Assembly (NCBI GenBank): GCA_963674575.2
Contig: CAXXQT010000008.1
Location: forward strand, 182,977-246,976
DNA from: Thermoguttaceae bacterium
GTDB lineage: Bacteria > Planctomycetota > Planctomycetia > Pirellulales > Thermoguttaceae
Length of the DNA: 64,000 bases
Direction: 5' to 3'
This document shows, piece after piece, positions 36,944 through 46,636 of this stretch. Position 1 is the stretch's first letter. Every line of letters starts with the position of its first letter. A program made the translations under genes and the position numbers. The notes below the pieces were generated by a model that worked only from the letters and a program-made list of their open reading frames with translations, searched no databases and was not told the DNA's origin.

Positions 36944-38935
36944 CTACGCCTTGCCACCGTCTTCCGCCACGTCCTCGTGACGCAGGGCGGTGGTGCGATG
37001 GTGGTAGGCGGCGATCACGTCGCGCCGGCTCAAAATCCCCACGATCTTGTTCGGGTCCTCGACAGTGACCACTGGCATTTCATCGATGTTCTTCTGGGTG
37101 AACCGGCGCAGGGCCGTGTGAAGGTCGTCCCCCGGATTCACGGTGAGCACGGTCTGGGTCGCGATGTCGGCGGCCACCACGAGGGCGCCGTCGCCATCGC
37201 CCGTGAGAACCGACCGCAGATCGCGAAGTGAGAAGATGCCGACAAGCTCCTGGGCCTTGTTGACAACCGGGAAGTAGGCGTTCGTCGAGTAAGCGGCCAG
37301 GTGGAGAATATCCTTGAGCGGCATCGCTTCGGGGACGAGATCAAGCCGGCGATCCGTGTCCATGACTTCGTCCACACGCATCTGTTCGAGCACGTCGATG
37401 ACGAAGTCGCCCTGGTGCGCCGGGCTGTCAACCAGGGCCGTAACCTGTTCTTCGTAGAGCGTCCAGCGGGAGGATAACAGGGCCACGTTGACGATGCTTA
37501 CGAGCATGAGAGGCACGAGCAAACCGTAGGAGCCGCTCATTTCGCACACCATAATCATGGCCGTCAGGGGCACTCTCGCCACGCCTGCGAAAAACCCGCC
37601 CATGCCCACGAGGACAAATGCCTCCGGGTGCTGGATGACCCCTGGAAAAAGCTGGTTGCAGATCGTGCCGTAGGCCCCTCCGAGCATGGCGCCGACAAAC
37701 AACGACGGGGCAAAGACGCCTCCGCTGCCGCCTGAAGAGATGGTCACGGAGGTGGCGAGGATCTTGGCGAAGCAGAGGATGAGGAGCATGCTTAGTGCGA
37801 TGCGCCCGTTGATCGCCTCTTGGATCCACCCGTATCCGCCGGCCATAATCTGGGGAAGCCCTAATGCAATTCCTCCCAGCATCAGGCCGCCCAGGGCCGG
37901 CTTGATGGCATTGGGAATGGGCAGGTGGCGAAAGAAATGGTCGCGCAGGCCGTAGAAGACCGTTACGTACAGGTAACCGACGACCGAGCACACGACGGCG
38001 AATACCACGTAGAAGGGCAATTCCAAGGCGTTATCGAAAGCCAGCCCGCGAGGGATGCTGATCGCCATCACGTGTTGCCCGAAGATGGCAGCAAACACGG
38101 CGTAGGCGGTGACGGAAGAGATCATCGCCGGGACCACGGCCGCATATTCGAGAGCCGTTGATTTATAGAGCACTTCGGCGATGAACAACGCGCCACCCAG
38201 GGGTGCCCGAAAGATCGCGCCGATTCCGCCTGATGCCCCCGACAGCATCAGCAACCGGCGGTCCCGTTCGCTCAAACCGAGTCGTTCGGCGAGGAACGAA
38301 CCGAAGCCAGCACCAATCTGGGCAATAGGGCCCTCGCGACCCGCCGACCCCCCTGTGCCGATGGTCAAAATCGACGCCACTGTTTTGATGAACGGTACCC
38401 TCGCCCGAATCCGCCCTCCGGCCCGATGGAAGGACCGGACCATGGCATCTGTTCCATGCCCCTCCGCTTCCGGAGCAAACCCGTACACGAGCAGGCCGCA
38501 AAGCAATCCACCAACGGTCGGAACGGCCAAAACGGCCCACCAATGCAGGGGCATCTGAGCTTGATGCTCGATTGCTTCACTTCCCGCTGATGGGGGGTAG
38601 TAGCCTTCGATGCCCCCAAGGGCCAAACTCTGCGTCAATGTGAGCAGAAAGTAGAACGCCGCGGCCCCAAGACCGGCCACCACGCCCACCAACGGACTCA
38701 GAATGATCAGCCGTCCGGCGGATTCCGTGTCGAAGATCGTGCGCAGGTGATTGACGACTTTTCCGGCCAGAGTCGGCTTCACAACGAAAGGACCCCTCAC
38801 TTGCGGTTTCAGTTCTGGAAGAAACGGCGTCCGATGCCGGCACACTGGGCGACTTGACAGGGACCGAACTCGACGGGGGCACCAACCCTTGAATCGGGGG
38901 GTGAAGCGTCCACGGAGAACGAGGACAATTCCCAC
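36944..38935 (-). CDS. ClC-family chloride channel/antiporter with C-terminal CBS pair
   Basis: GSAGREGPIAQIGAG, GGIGAIFRAPLGGALF, and GGVFAPSLFVGAMLG, then two CBS-like segments. The start is uncertain (an alternative GTG is at 38782). Confidence 0.85.
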   Translation of the reverse strand: MGIVLVLRGRFTPRFKGWCPRRVRSLSSRPVCRHRTPFLPELKPQVRGPFVVKPTLAGKVVNHLRTIFDTESAGRLIILSPLVGVVAGLGAAAFYFLLTLTQSLALGGIEGYYPPSAGSEAIEHQAQMPLHWWAVLAVPTVGGLLCGLLVYGFAPEAEGHGTDAMVRSFHRAGGRIRARVPFIKTVASILTIGTGGSAGREGPIAQIGAGFGSFLAERLGLSERDRRLLMLSGASGGIGAIFRAPLGGALFIAEVLYKSTALEYAAVVPAMISSVTAYAVFAAIFGQHVMAISIPRGLAFDNALELPFYVVFAVVCSVVGYLYVTVFYGLRDHFFRHLPIPNAIKPALGGLMLGGIALGLPQIMAGGYGWIQEAINGRIALSMLLILCFAKILATSVTISSGGSGGVFAPSLFVGAMLGGAYGTICNQLFPGVIQHPEAFVLVGMGGFFAGVARVPLTAMIMVCEMSGSYGLLVPLMLVSIVNVALLSSRWTLYEEQVTALVDSPAHQGDFVIDVLEQMRVDEVMDTDRRLDLVPEAMPLKDILHLAAYSTNAYFPVVNKAQELVGIFSLRDLRSVLTGDGDGALVVAADIATQTVLTVNPGDDLHTALRRFTQKNIDEMPVVTVEDPNKIVGILSRRDVIAAYHHRTTALRHEDVAEDGGKA

Positions 38936-39208
38936 CTTAACGATCGCGGCCCCAATCCCCCGAACGAGGTGGTCTCGAATTCAAGTCAGCCGGTCAGGCA
39001 TTCCCTCTCGGCATGAGTGCCCGGTACTCATCGCGCACGCAAGATGCACAAACCTTTATGATAGGGACAGGCAGCGTTTTTGAAAATCGCTTTTTTGGAA
39101 ATGGGGCAGATTCGTTGATTCCCCAGCTAGAGTCGGGATAATACACACACGAACGAGGAGGCACGACGGAACCCGCCAAGTTTTTGAATCTCGTGGGAGG
39201 CGAATCTC

Positions 39209-42193
39209 ATGACTCGGCCCGTATTTCCCCGTATTCTTGTCGTTTGTCTCTTCATGTCTGCCATCGGTTTGGGACCCGGAGCTCTTGCCGGAGACCCGAA
39301 GGATCTTCCGCCGCAAGTTGAAGCCCCACGCGGAATCTGCGTGGTCCTGGAGAAGGTGGGCGAGTCCCACCGCGAATTGCTCGACCGCCTCGCCCGCGAT
39401 ACCGAGTGGGTGTTTCTCTTCCAGGCGGCCTCGAAGGAGGCCGTTGACGGGGCCTACCGCTTTGCCCACGACCACAAGCTTCTTGGCCGGCGCGTGTTCG
39501 TCGAGCACGGGTCGCTCGACTCGATCCACCTCGCTAACGATCTGGCCGACCTGGTCCTCGTTCCCTCCGATCCGCCGTCCACTTCCGAAACTGAAATCCT
39601 CCGCGTCCTTCGCCCCGGCGGGATTGCGCGTTTGGACCGCCGCGAGATCACCAAGCCGATTCCCGAGGGGACCGACTCCTGGGGCCACCCCCACCACTTG
39701 CCCGACAACAATCCCCAGTCGACCGACCGACTGGCCCGGGCTCCCTACCTGACCCAGTTCCTCGGCGGCCCCATGTTTTCTCCCATGCCCGAGGTGACCG
39801 TGGCCGCCGGAGGCAGGATCTTCCGAGCCTGCGGCCACATCGCGCATAAGAAGAACCAGAACGAGCAACTCAACACCCTCTTCGGCATCAATGCCTACAA
39901 CGGCTCCATCCTCTGGAGCCGTCCCCTTACCGAAGGCTTCATGATCCATCGCAACACGATGATCGCCACGCCTGAGGTCCTTTATCTGGCGGATAACAAG
40001 TCGTGCAAGCGAATCGATCCCCAAACCGGCAAGACGATCGATGAGATCGTGATCGACCATCCCGACGCTGACGGCCCGGTGTGGAAGTGGATGGCTCTGG
40101 TCGATGGAACGCTCTACGTGCTTGCCGGCGGCCAGGAGGTCCCCATCCACACCCAACGCAGCGAAACGCCCGGCATGGGGCACTGGCCCTGGGGCATGTG
40201 GGAGGGACACGACTATGCCGATCCGAAAACAAATTTCGGCTTCGGCCGCACGTTCCTGGCCATTGATCCGGAGACCAAGAAGGTCCTTTGGACCCATCGC
40301 GAAGACGAATTTCTCGACAGCCGCGCCGTCTGCATGATCGGAGGACGCATCTACGCCTATTGTCCCGAGAAGTTCGTGGTCTGCCTGTCCGCCCAGGACG
40401 GCAAGCAGGTCTGGAGAAACTCCGATGCCGATCTGCTGGAAGCCATCGGGCCGAACCAGCGAGCCCAACTCTACATCACCGGCTATTCGACCCAAACCTA
40501 CATGAAGGCGGGCCCCGAGCATCTCTTCTTCGCCGGTCCCCAACGGACGAAACTCGTTGTGGCCAGCACGGAAGACGGGCGACTGCTCTGGACCAAGGAG
40601 CGAGGCAACGTGCAGATCGTGCTCCGCGACGACGGCTTCTACGCCGCCGGGGCGCAGAACACGGAAACAGGATTCAAGTACTCCTACGATGGCGAAGTGC
40701 TCGCCAAGTTCTCCCAACGCCGCGCCTGCACCCGGGCCACGGGAACCCTCGACAGCATCTTCTTCCGGGCCAATGGCGGCACCGTTCGGGTCGAAACGGC
40801 CTCCAACGCCTCCAAGCACATCGCCCCCATGCGCCCACCCTGCCAGGATGGTGTGATCATCTCCGACGGCCACTTGTTTTGGGGCCCCTGGATGTGCGGC
40901 TGCCAACTCTCCACCTACGGCCACGTGGGCCTGGCTCCTGCAGGAGACTTCTCGTTCCAACCGGGATTGAGCCCCGATAAGCTCAATGTGCAGGCGGAAG
41001 ACCTCTCGGCCATCACGCCGCTTCCCGGCGAGGTCGATTGGCCCACCCTCGAGGGCGACAACGCCCGCAGCATGACAACCGCGATCAAGATTCCAGAAGC
41101 CGTCGAGCAGAAATGGGAGATTTCGCTCCCGGATTCCGCTTTTCCGACCGCCCCCATCAGCGCAGGCGGGCTCGTGTTCTATGCTGATCGCCACGGCGTG
41201 GTTCACGCCGTGAAGGCCGAGTCGGGCGAACCGGCGTGGCAAACCTTCACGGCTGGGCCCGTCTATTTCCCGCCGGCCTACTGGAACAACCGTCTCTATG
41301 TGGGCTCGGCAGACGGCCGCGTTTATGCCCTGGAAGCCGCTACGGGCAAAACCTTGTGGACCTTCCGAGCTGCCCCGGTCGACCAGCGAATCTCCGTCTA
41401 CGGCAACCTGATCTCCCGCTGGCCTGTGGCCGGCGGCGTGGTGGTCGAGGACGGCATCCTCTACGCGGCCGCCGGAATGGCCCACTACGACGGCATCCAC
41501 GTCTACGCCCTCGACGCCGCCACGGGCGAGGTGAAGTGGTACAACGACACGTCAGGCAAGATCTCCACAGTCACCGACAGCGGCGTGAGCCTGCAGGGCG
41601 AGCTCTTCCTGAAAGACGGCGAACTCCGCTTTCTCGGCGGCGGGGCCTATGAATTTGCCCGCTACGACATGAAGACGGGCAAGTGCCTCAACCAACCGCA
41701 CGACCAGCCCAACTCGCGTTTCCACACCGCCTTCTACGCCTACTACCCGAAATACGGGAAATACGCCATCCTGGAACACACCTTGCCCGGTGGCCGACAA
41801 CTCGTTTACGACGCCAGCTACGAAGGCAGTCGCCATAGTGCGCTGGCTCTTATGGAACCGCTGCCGGAAGGCTCGCCCAAGGTTTACAAGGTTGCCTCGC
41901 GCTGGATGCACCAGCGTCGCGGAGATCCCCAGCCCAAACAGGCTTGGGCCATCCCGGCCGGACCCCGCTACAATGCCTTCGTGATTGGGCCCGACAAACT
42001 CCTCGCCGCGGGCCACACGGGCCTCGACGATCAGAGTTCCACCACCTTCGCCGCCATCAACCTGGAAGACGGCGAGATCCTCTGGACCCAACCGCTTCCC
42101 GCACCGATCGTCAAGCACGGTCTGGCCCTCGACCACACCGGTCGCATCTTCGTCACCCTCACCGACGGTCGACTCCTGGCCTACGGCCCGTAG
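39209..42193 (+). CDS. Large secreted protein: N-terminal methyltransferase-fold-like domain plus PQQ/BamB-like beta-propeller repeats (paralogue of 13244..16336)
   Basis: GGGAGG RBS and a signal peptide. Then GICVVLEKVGESH...LADLVLV...ILRVLRPGGIA...DSWGHPHH. Propeller repeats include ADRHGVVHAVKAESGEPAWQ, GSADGRVYALEAATGKTLWTF and VYALDAATGEVKWY. Confidence 0.85.
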   Translation: MTRPVFPRILVVCLFMSAIGLGPGALAGDPKDLPPQVEAPRGICVVLEKVGESHRELLDRLARDTEWVFLFQAASKEAVDGAYRFAHDHKLLGRRVFVEHGSLDSIHLANDLADLVLVPSDPPSTSETEILRVLRPGGIARLDRREITKPIPEGTDSWGHPHHLPDNNPQSTDRLARAPYLTQFLGGPMFSPMPEVTVAAGGRIFRACGHIAHKKNQNEQLNTLFGINAYNGSILWSRPLTEGFMIHRNTMIATPEVLYLADNKSCKRIDPQTGKTIDEIVIDHPDADGPVWKWMALVDGTLYVLAGGQEVPIHTQRSETPGMGHWPWGMWEGHDYADPKTNFGFGRTFLAIDPETKKVLWTHREDEFLDSRAVCMIGGRIYAYCPEKFVVCLSAQDGKQVWRNSDADLLEAIGPNQRAQLYITGYSTQTYMKAGPEHLFFAGPQRTKLVVASTEDGRLLWTKERGNVQIVLRDDGFYAAGAQNTETGFKYSYDGEVLAKFSQRRACTRATGTLDSIFFRANGGTVRVETASNASKHIAPMRPPCQDGVIISDGHLFWGPWMCGCQLSTYGHVGLAPAGDFSFQPGLSPDKLNVQAEDLSAITPLPGEVDWPTLEGDNARSMTTAIKIPEAVEQKWEISLPDSAFPTAPISAGGLVFYADRHGVVHAVKAESGEPAWQTFTAGPVYFPPAYWNNRLYVGSADGRVYALEAATGKTLWTFRAAPVDQRISVYGNLISRWPVAGGVVVEDGILYAAAGMAHYDGIHVYALDAATGEVKWYNDTSGKISTVTDSGVSLQGELFLKDGELRFLGGGAYEFARYDMKTGKCLNQPHDQPNSRFHTAFYAYYPKYGKYAILEHTLPGGRQLVYDASYEGSRHSALALMEPLPEGSPKVYKVASRWMHQRRGDPQPKQAWAIPAGPRYNAFVIGPDKLLAAGHTGLDDQSSTTFAAINLEDGEILWTQPLPAPIVKHGLALDHTGRIFVTLTDGRLLAYGP

Positions 42194-42473
42194 GGTGGGC
42201 AAGAACGGCCCAACGCGACACGCATTCTGGCAATCAGACGTTGTCCGCCAACGCAATCGATTCTGAAGAGCCGGTACGGGAGTGGCAGCCCACCATGAGC
42301 GATGTCCCACTTCAGCCAAGCCGCATCTTGCCGGCGATGCGCCCGTTCAGAAGTGGAAGACCGACCATGGTGGGCCGCGTTGGCGTATCGGTTGTGTTCC
42401 ACGTTTTGGCAATGGAAGGCATGTTGGTCATTCGATTGCGTTCTGAAATGGTCCACTTGGCCCACCCTACGGC
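42189..42473. repeat. 285-bp element bounded by perfect 13-bp inverted repeats (ccgtagggtgggc / gcccaccctacgg), filling a convergent intergenic gap
   Basis: The arms are at 42189-42201 and 42461-42473. The interior (about 42395-42430: ttccacgttttggcaatggaaggcatgttggtca) resembles the core of repeat family C in the C4 orientation. Confidence 0.5.
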
Positions 42474-42487
42474 CTTGCCAAGACGCC

Positions 42488-44032
42488 CTACAACCTCCCC
42501 AAAACCTCCCTCACCTTCGCCTCGTAGAGGGCTTGCCACTCCGGTGCTAAAAAACACTCGGTCACTTCGTAACCGCCCTTGTCGTAGTCGGCGGCGGGAG
42601 GGCCGTAGTGGATGTAGCCGTTGGAATAGGCGGCCATGAACGTGTGCTCGTGAGGCGATGCCTTCTTCACGTTGAGCCCCACCTCCACCAGCACCTCCGC
42701 CGGCGACGTGACCAGCACGAACTGGCCGACGCGGATTCCCTGCACTTCTGTGGCGACGGTCGGCTCGCCCGCCGCGTCGTTGATCGCCTGGTGCCGTTCG
42801 AGCGTGGCGATCTTGTCCTCGATCCGGGCAAGCTTCTCCATGGCGTGGACGTTCCGCAGATACTTGGCGATGTGGCCGCGATTCTGTGTGTCGATGGCTG
42901 AAAGTTCATCGCTCCCGGTCTGCTCGGCCTGGAGGTAGCGGTAGCTGTAGTACGATGGGAAGTCAGGGCTCAGAGCGTATTTGAGATAGAGGGGAACAAA
43001 GGTCTTGATGTTCAGGCTCGTGCCGCGCAACGATCGGAGCAGTGTGGTCTGCTCCTGGCGGAGAGCTTCGATCCGCTCGGGAATGTCCGTCCTGCGAGGA
43101 AGCGGCAAGAGCTCGTTGACCACCTTCAACGTCGCATCGCCCGTTTGAGTGGTCCGATACGCCTTGAGCGTGCTCAAGCCGAGCATCGTTCCAAAGGGTT
43201 CTGCGTCGCGAGGGCGGTTGACATCCTTGTAGAGAACGGCCGTGATATCGCCTGCCGCGCCTTGCAGGAACAAGGCCATGGCGCCGTGGCCCAGGTTCTC
43301 TTCGATGACTTTGGCGGCAAAGCCCGGAAAGTCGGCCGTCACGCCCCCTCGGGGAACGCCCAGGTAGGGATGACAGGCGAAATTGAAAACCACGGCCAGG
43401 GGCTGGCCATCGAGCCGGTCGATCCTGAGCACACCGATTTCCGGATCGACGGGCCCCACGCCGGCCACCTCTTCGTCAGGCGGGCAGGGATTCGAATGGC
43501 GAATCGTCCAGTGCAGCCCGTTGTTCAGACGCAGGGCCCGATTCATCATGATCCGGTCTTCACGACCGGTGCCGCAGCCGACTCGCACCGGCGTCATATC
43601 CGCGGCGGCCCGGCGGACGGCGTCGAAGGTCCGCTCCAGTTGCTGCTCATCGTCGCACAGCAGTCGGCCGGGCGGGTGAGTATGGGACGCGTTGACAAGC
43701 ACATTCTTGCCGGGGATCCCCAGTTCTCGTTGGATTCGCTCGCGGAGCCTGGGCAGAAACTCGTCCTTGATATCGCCGATTCCGCCAATGGCGACAGCGT
43801 CCATGGATATTATGGCTAGCCGCGTCGTGCCGTCGTCGAGCACCAGGGCCTTGGCCAGGAGCGGGTCGTTGACTCGAACGCCGTCCGCGTCGGTCGTGAT
43901 CTCGCTCTTGGCAACCCCCGCGCGAAGAGAGCTGGTGGGCGAGTCGGCTTGGGTTATGGAGGCGGCCGCTCCGCTGGCGATGCCGGCCAGCAGGCCGGTC
44001 CCCAGGAACTGGCGTCGTTTCAGATTGGTCAT
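42488..44032 (-). CDS. Tat-exported hydrolase, neutral/alkaline ceramidase N-terminal-domain-like
   Basis: Twin-arginine signal MTNLKRRQFLGTGLLAGIASGAAA. AGVAKSEIT...ISMDAVAIGG...VNASHTHPPG matches the ceramidase-like pattern as I remember it. Confidence 0.65.
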   Translation of the reverse strand: MTNLKRRQFLGTGLLAGIASGAAASITQADSPTSSLRAGVAKSEITTDADGVRVNDPLLAKALVLDDGTTRLAIISMDAVAIGGIGDIKDEFLPRLRERIQRELGIPGKNVLVNASHTHPPGRLLCDDEQQLERTFDAVRRAAADMTPVRVGCGTGREDRIMMNRALRLNNGLHWTIRHSNPCPPDEEVAGVGPVDPEIGVLRIDRLDGQPLAVVFNFACHPYLGVPRGGVTADFPGFAAKVIEENLGHGAMALFLQGAAGDITAVLYKDVNRPRDAEPFGTMLGLSTLKAYRTTQTGDATLKVVNELLPLPRRTDIPERIEALRQEQTTLLRSLRGTSLNIKTFVPLYLKYALSPDFPSYYSYRYLQAEQTGSDELSAIDTQNRGHIAKYLRNVHAMEKLARIEDKIATLERHQAINDAAGEPTVATEVQGIRVGQFVLVTSPAEVLVEVGLNVKKASPHEHTFMAAYSNGYIHYGPPAADYDKGGYEVTECFLAPEWQALYEAKVREVLGRL

Positions 44033-44056
44033 GGGATGGCCTCCCCTGCGAAAAGG

Positions 44057-46465
44057 TCACTGCACCGTCAGTATCTCCACGTCACATTGCTTGGGATCGC
44101 AGCGAACGGTCATCAAGGCGTCGTTGTCAGCCCGATCCGGTGACAGGTCGATTTTAACAACCGTTTCCCCGCCGCCGGCCTTGGTTTCAACGCGAACGAC
44201 GTTTCCCTCCACCTGCACGCTACACTCGGGCCGCTCTGCTTTCGTGGCCACGTTCATCACGGCCGCGATCCGTCGCGTTGCGGTTCGCTGCTGTGTAGCG
44301 GCCGTGAAATGCCAGAGCTTAGTCGGTTCAGTTTTGCTTGCCGTGGGGAATCCCGTCTTCGGATCGAGGGGCCACTCGTTGGTCTGGGAAAAGCCAAATC
44401 CGCCCGGCGTAACCAGGTGGACTTCCATCTCGGCATCCTCGCGATGCGAGATGAACGTCTGCTCCGCTTGGTTCAGTTCGAGTTCTTCCGGAGCGTGCAT
44501 CAGCCACTGGAACGTGGCCGGCTCGGGGGACTGAAGGTCGTCGACGATGCAGACAAGGGACGGTCGGACGAGAACCACGTGGCGGCGGAACCGGGTCAGC
44601 CGATCGCCGTAGGCGGTCGTGGCGTCGCCACACACGTAGCCGATGTGAGGCGTTGATTCGAAGGCGACGATATGGCCGTTGGCCGTAGCCTTGCGATTGA
44701 TCTGGCCCTGGCCATCCACGAGGATCGTGTTTTGGGCCACGGTCTGTTGGGTGTAGCGGGTGTGAAACGGCGTGCCGTGCTGCGGATAGCGGGAGCCGCC
44801 GGGCCGGGCCAGGGCGTGGCCACCCTTGAGGATGGCAAACCCGTTCTGGTCGGCGTAGCTATGGCTCACGCCACCGAAAGGCGACGACTTGAAGGCCACG
44901 AACAGGTCGTTCTCTGGCTCGGCCAGATCGCTGTGCAGGGCGGCCCAGCCAACGCCCTGAAAAACGGCGTCGGGGGTCATGTCCGGCGGAGCGCACCCTT
45001 CCACGACCTGGGGAAGAATGAGCCCCGTCATCGGCGAGAGCGACGGTTTACCTCCGCTGGATGTGCGAAGCAGGTCGACCCACCAGCGAAGGGCCGGGTC
45101 ATCTGTCCGCTCCGCATGAAACTCGAGCAGCCCGCGAAGCGAGCCGGAACGCTGCATGGCGCTGCCGTCGTAGGAGTCGCCAAACCCGCAGATCTCACCC
45201 ACGGGCGAGACGTTGTAGAAAAAGAAATAGGGCAGCTTCCGATAGAAGGAACGTTGCCACACGTCGAGCCCCGTGGCGATCCGGAGCGATTCCAGAGGCG
45301 TGATGAAGATCGTGTTGTAGGCCATGCCGTAGCTGATTCCCTCGGCCCAGCCCCCGTCGCGCCCGGCCCAGTGCGGAAAAACGGTGAGGATCGTCTTCAG
45401 CGCGTAGTCCATCCACACCGCCGCCCGCGGATGCTCGGCCAGGGCGATGGCGTGTTCAACCAGGTAGCCGGGCAGACGCCCGTCGTGGCTCGATTCGGGA
45501 CGTGCCAGGAAGTCGCGGCGCTGGAGCCGACGCAACATCTGGTCGGCCCGAGCCACCAGCATCGCCTCGGCCTTGGCCCGCTCCTCGTCAGTGAGCAGGT
45601 CGTAGATCCAGTCGTAGGTGAGGGCTTCCGACTTGACCAGTCCCAGACCGACCTCGTCGCCATAGGGCGCCATCACCGAGGAGATGCCTTCCGGATCCCA
45701 CTCGGCGGCATTGAGCAGCAGGGCCTTGGCCTTCTCGCCGTATTTCCTCTCGCCCGTCATGGCATACATGAGGGCCAAATGCTGCATGGCCCCCTGGTGA
45801 TAGCGGCGCAGCTTGGCGTAACTGGCCGTGTAGGCCAGACGCCGCTTGGCCGGATCCTGAATCTCGTCGTAGTTCGGCTCGTCAGGCAAGTCCTTCTTCA
45901 AACCCTCGTCAGCCGCACGCCGAAGTTGCTCGAAGGCCTCGCGCCGGGTCGTCTTCAGCGTGGCGCGGATTTCATCGAGTCGGGCCTTGGGATAGAGCAG
46001 ACGGGGATGCTCCTTGGGAACGCGCCGGAGCAATTCCTCGACCGGAACCCACGGCTGAGCCGTGGCGTCTTTGGCGATTTCGAAGAACCTGGCGGGGGTC
46101 GTGTCAGCCACGGCGCCGTCCGGATCAACCGCCTCGACGCACCACGAGTATCGCCCGCTGGGAAAGGCCTTTTCCGGAACGTGCACCGGATCGTTCTGTT
46201 GGGGCGATCGGTAAACCTCGGTCCCGCTTTCATTGGTCACCTTCAACACGTAGGTTGCCTGGCCATTCTTGGCGGCACGCCACCAGGAGAAGCCGGGCGG
46301 CGACACGTCCAGCACCTCCTCAGGTTCCGGACGCGAGAAGCTGCCTCCCGCGGGACGCGCCGCGGGAAAAGCCACACGCGGATCGCCCGCTTGCACGGAC
46401 GAGGCGAATAGGAAAATGGGCATCACGACAAGAACCGCGAAACCCCATCGAATCGTGGTGTACAT
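44057..46465 (-). CDS. Heparinase II/III-family (alginate-lyase-fold) polysaccharide lyase-like protein
   Basis: ATG at 46465 (MYTTIRWGFAVLVVMPIFLFASSVQA signal peptide). An alpha/alpha toroid-like middle region, then VSHSYADQNGFAILKGGHALARPGG. The rest of the 1521-aa track ORF (46466-48622) is antisense to recG. Confidence 0.8.
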   Translation of the reverse strand: MYTTIRWGFAVLVVMPIFLFASSVQAGDPRVAFPAARPAGGSFSRPEPEEVLDVSPPGFSWWRAAKNGQATYVLKVTNESGTEVYRSPQQNDPVHVPEKAFPSGRYSWCVEAVDPDGAVADTTPARFFEIAKDATAQPWVPVEELLRRVPKEHPRLLYPKARLDEIRATLKTTRREAFEQLRRAADEGLKKDLPDEPNYDEIQDPAKRRLAYTASYAKLRRYHQGAMQHLALMYAMTGERKYGEKAKALLLNAAEWDPEGISSVMAPYGDEVGLGLVKSEALTYDWIYDLLTDEERAKAEAMLVARADQMLRRLQRRDFLARPESSHDGRLPGYLVEHAIALAEHPRAAVWMDYALKTILTVFPHWAGRDGGWAEGISYGMAYNTIFITPLESLRIATGLDVWQRSFYRKLPYFFFYNVSPVGEICGFGDSYDGSAMQRSGSLRGLLEFHAERTDDPALRWWVDLLRTSSGGKPSLSPMTGLILPQVVEGCAPPDMTPDAVFQGVGWAALHSDLAEPENDLFVAFKSSPFGGVSHSYADQNGFAILKGGHALARPGGSRYPQHGTPFHTRYTQQTVAQNTILVDGQGQINRKATANGHIVAFESTPHIGYVCGDATTAYGDRLTRFRRHVVLVRPSLVCIVDDLQSPEPATFQWLMHAPEELELNQAEQTFISHREDAEMEVHLVTPGGFGFSQTNEWPLDPKTGFPTASKTEPTKLWHFTAATQQRTATRRIAAVMNVATKAERPECSVQVEGNVVRVETKAGGGETVVKIDLSPDRADNDALMTVRCDPKQCDVEILTVQ

Positions 46466-46636
46466 CGGTGTTGACCCTCGTTGCTTGCGAGTATCATAGT
46501 GGCCACGCACGGGTTGGTCGGGAGCGGGTCCGACCGCCGGAACGAACTTCCGCCAGACAATCCTCCCGGGCAATATAGCGGCTTGCCTGGGCCCGGTAAA
46601 CTTCCGAAACCCGGCTTCCACCGCTAATATGGGGAC

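Noticed and set aside
39056-41500. An 814-aa minus-strand ORF.
   Set aside because: It is antisense to the well-supported propeller gene 39209..42193. Its composition is Gly/Arg/Ala/Val-rich with no motifs, so it is a shadow ORF.
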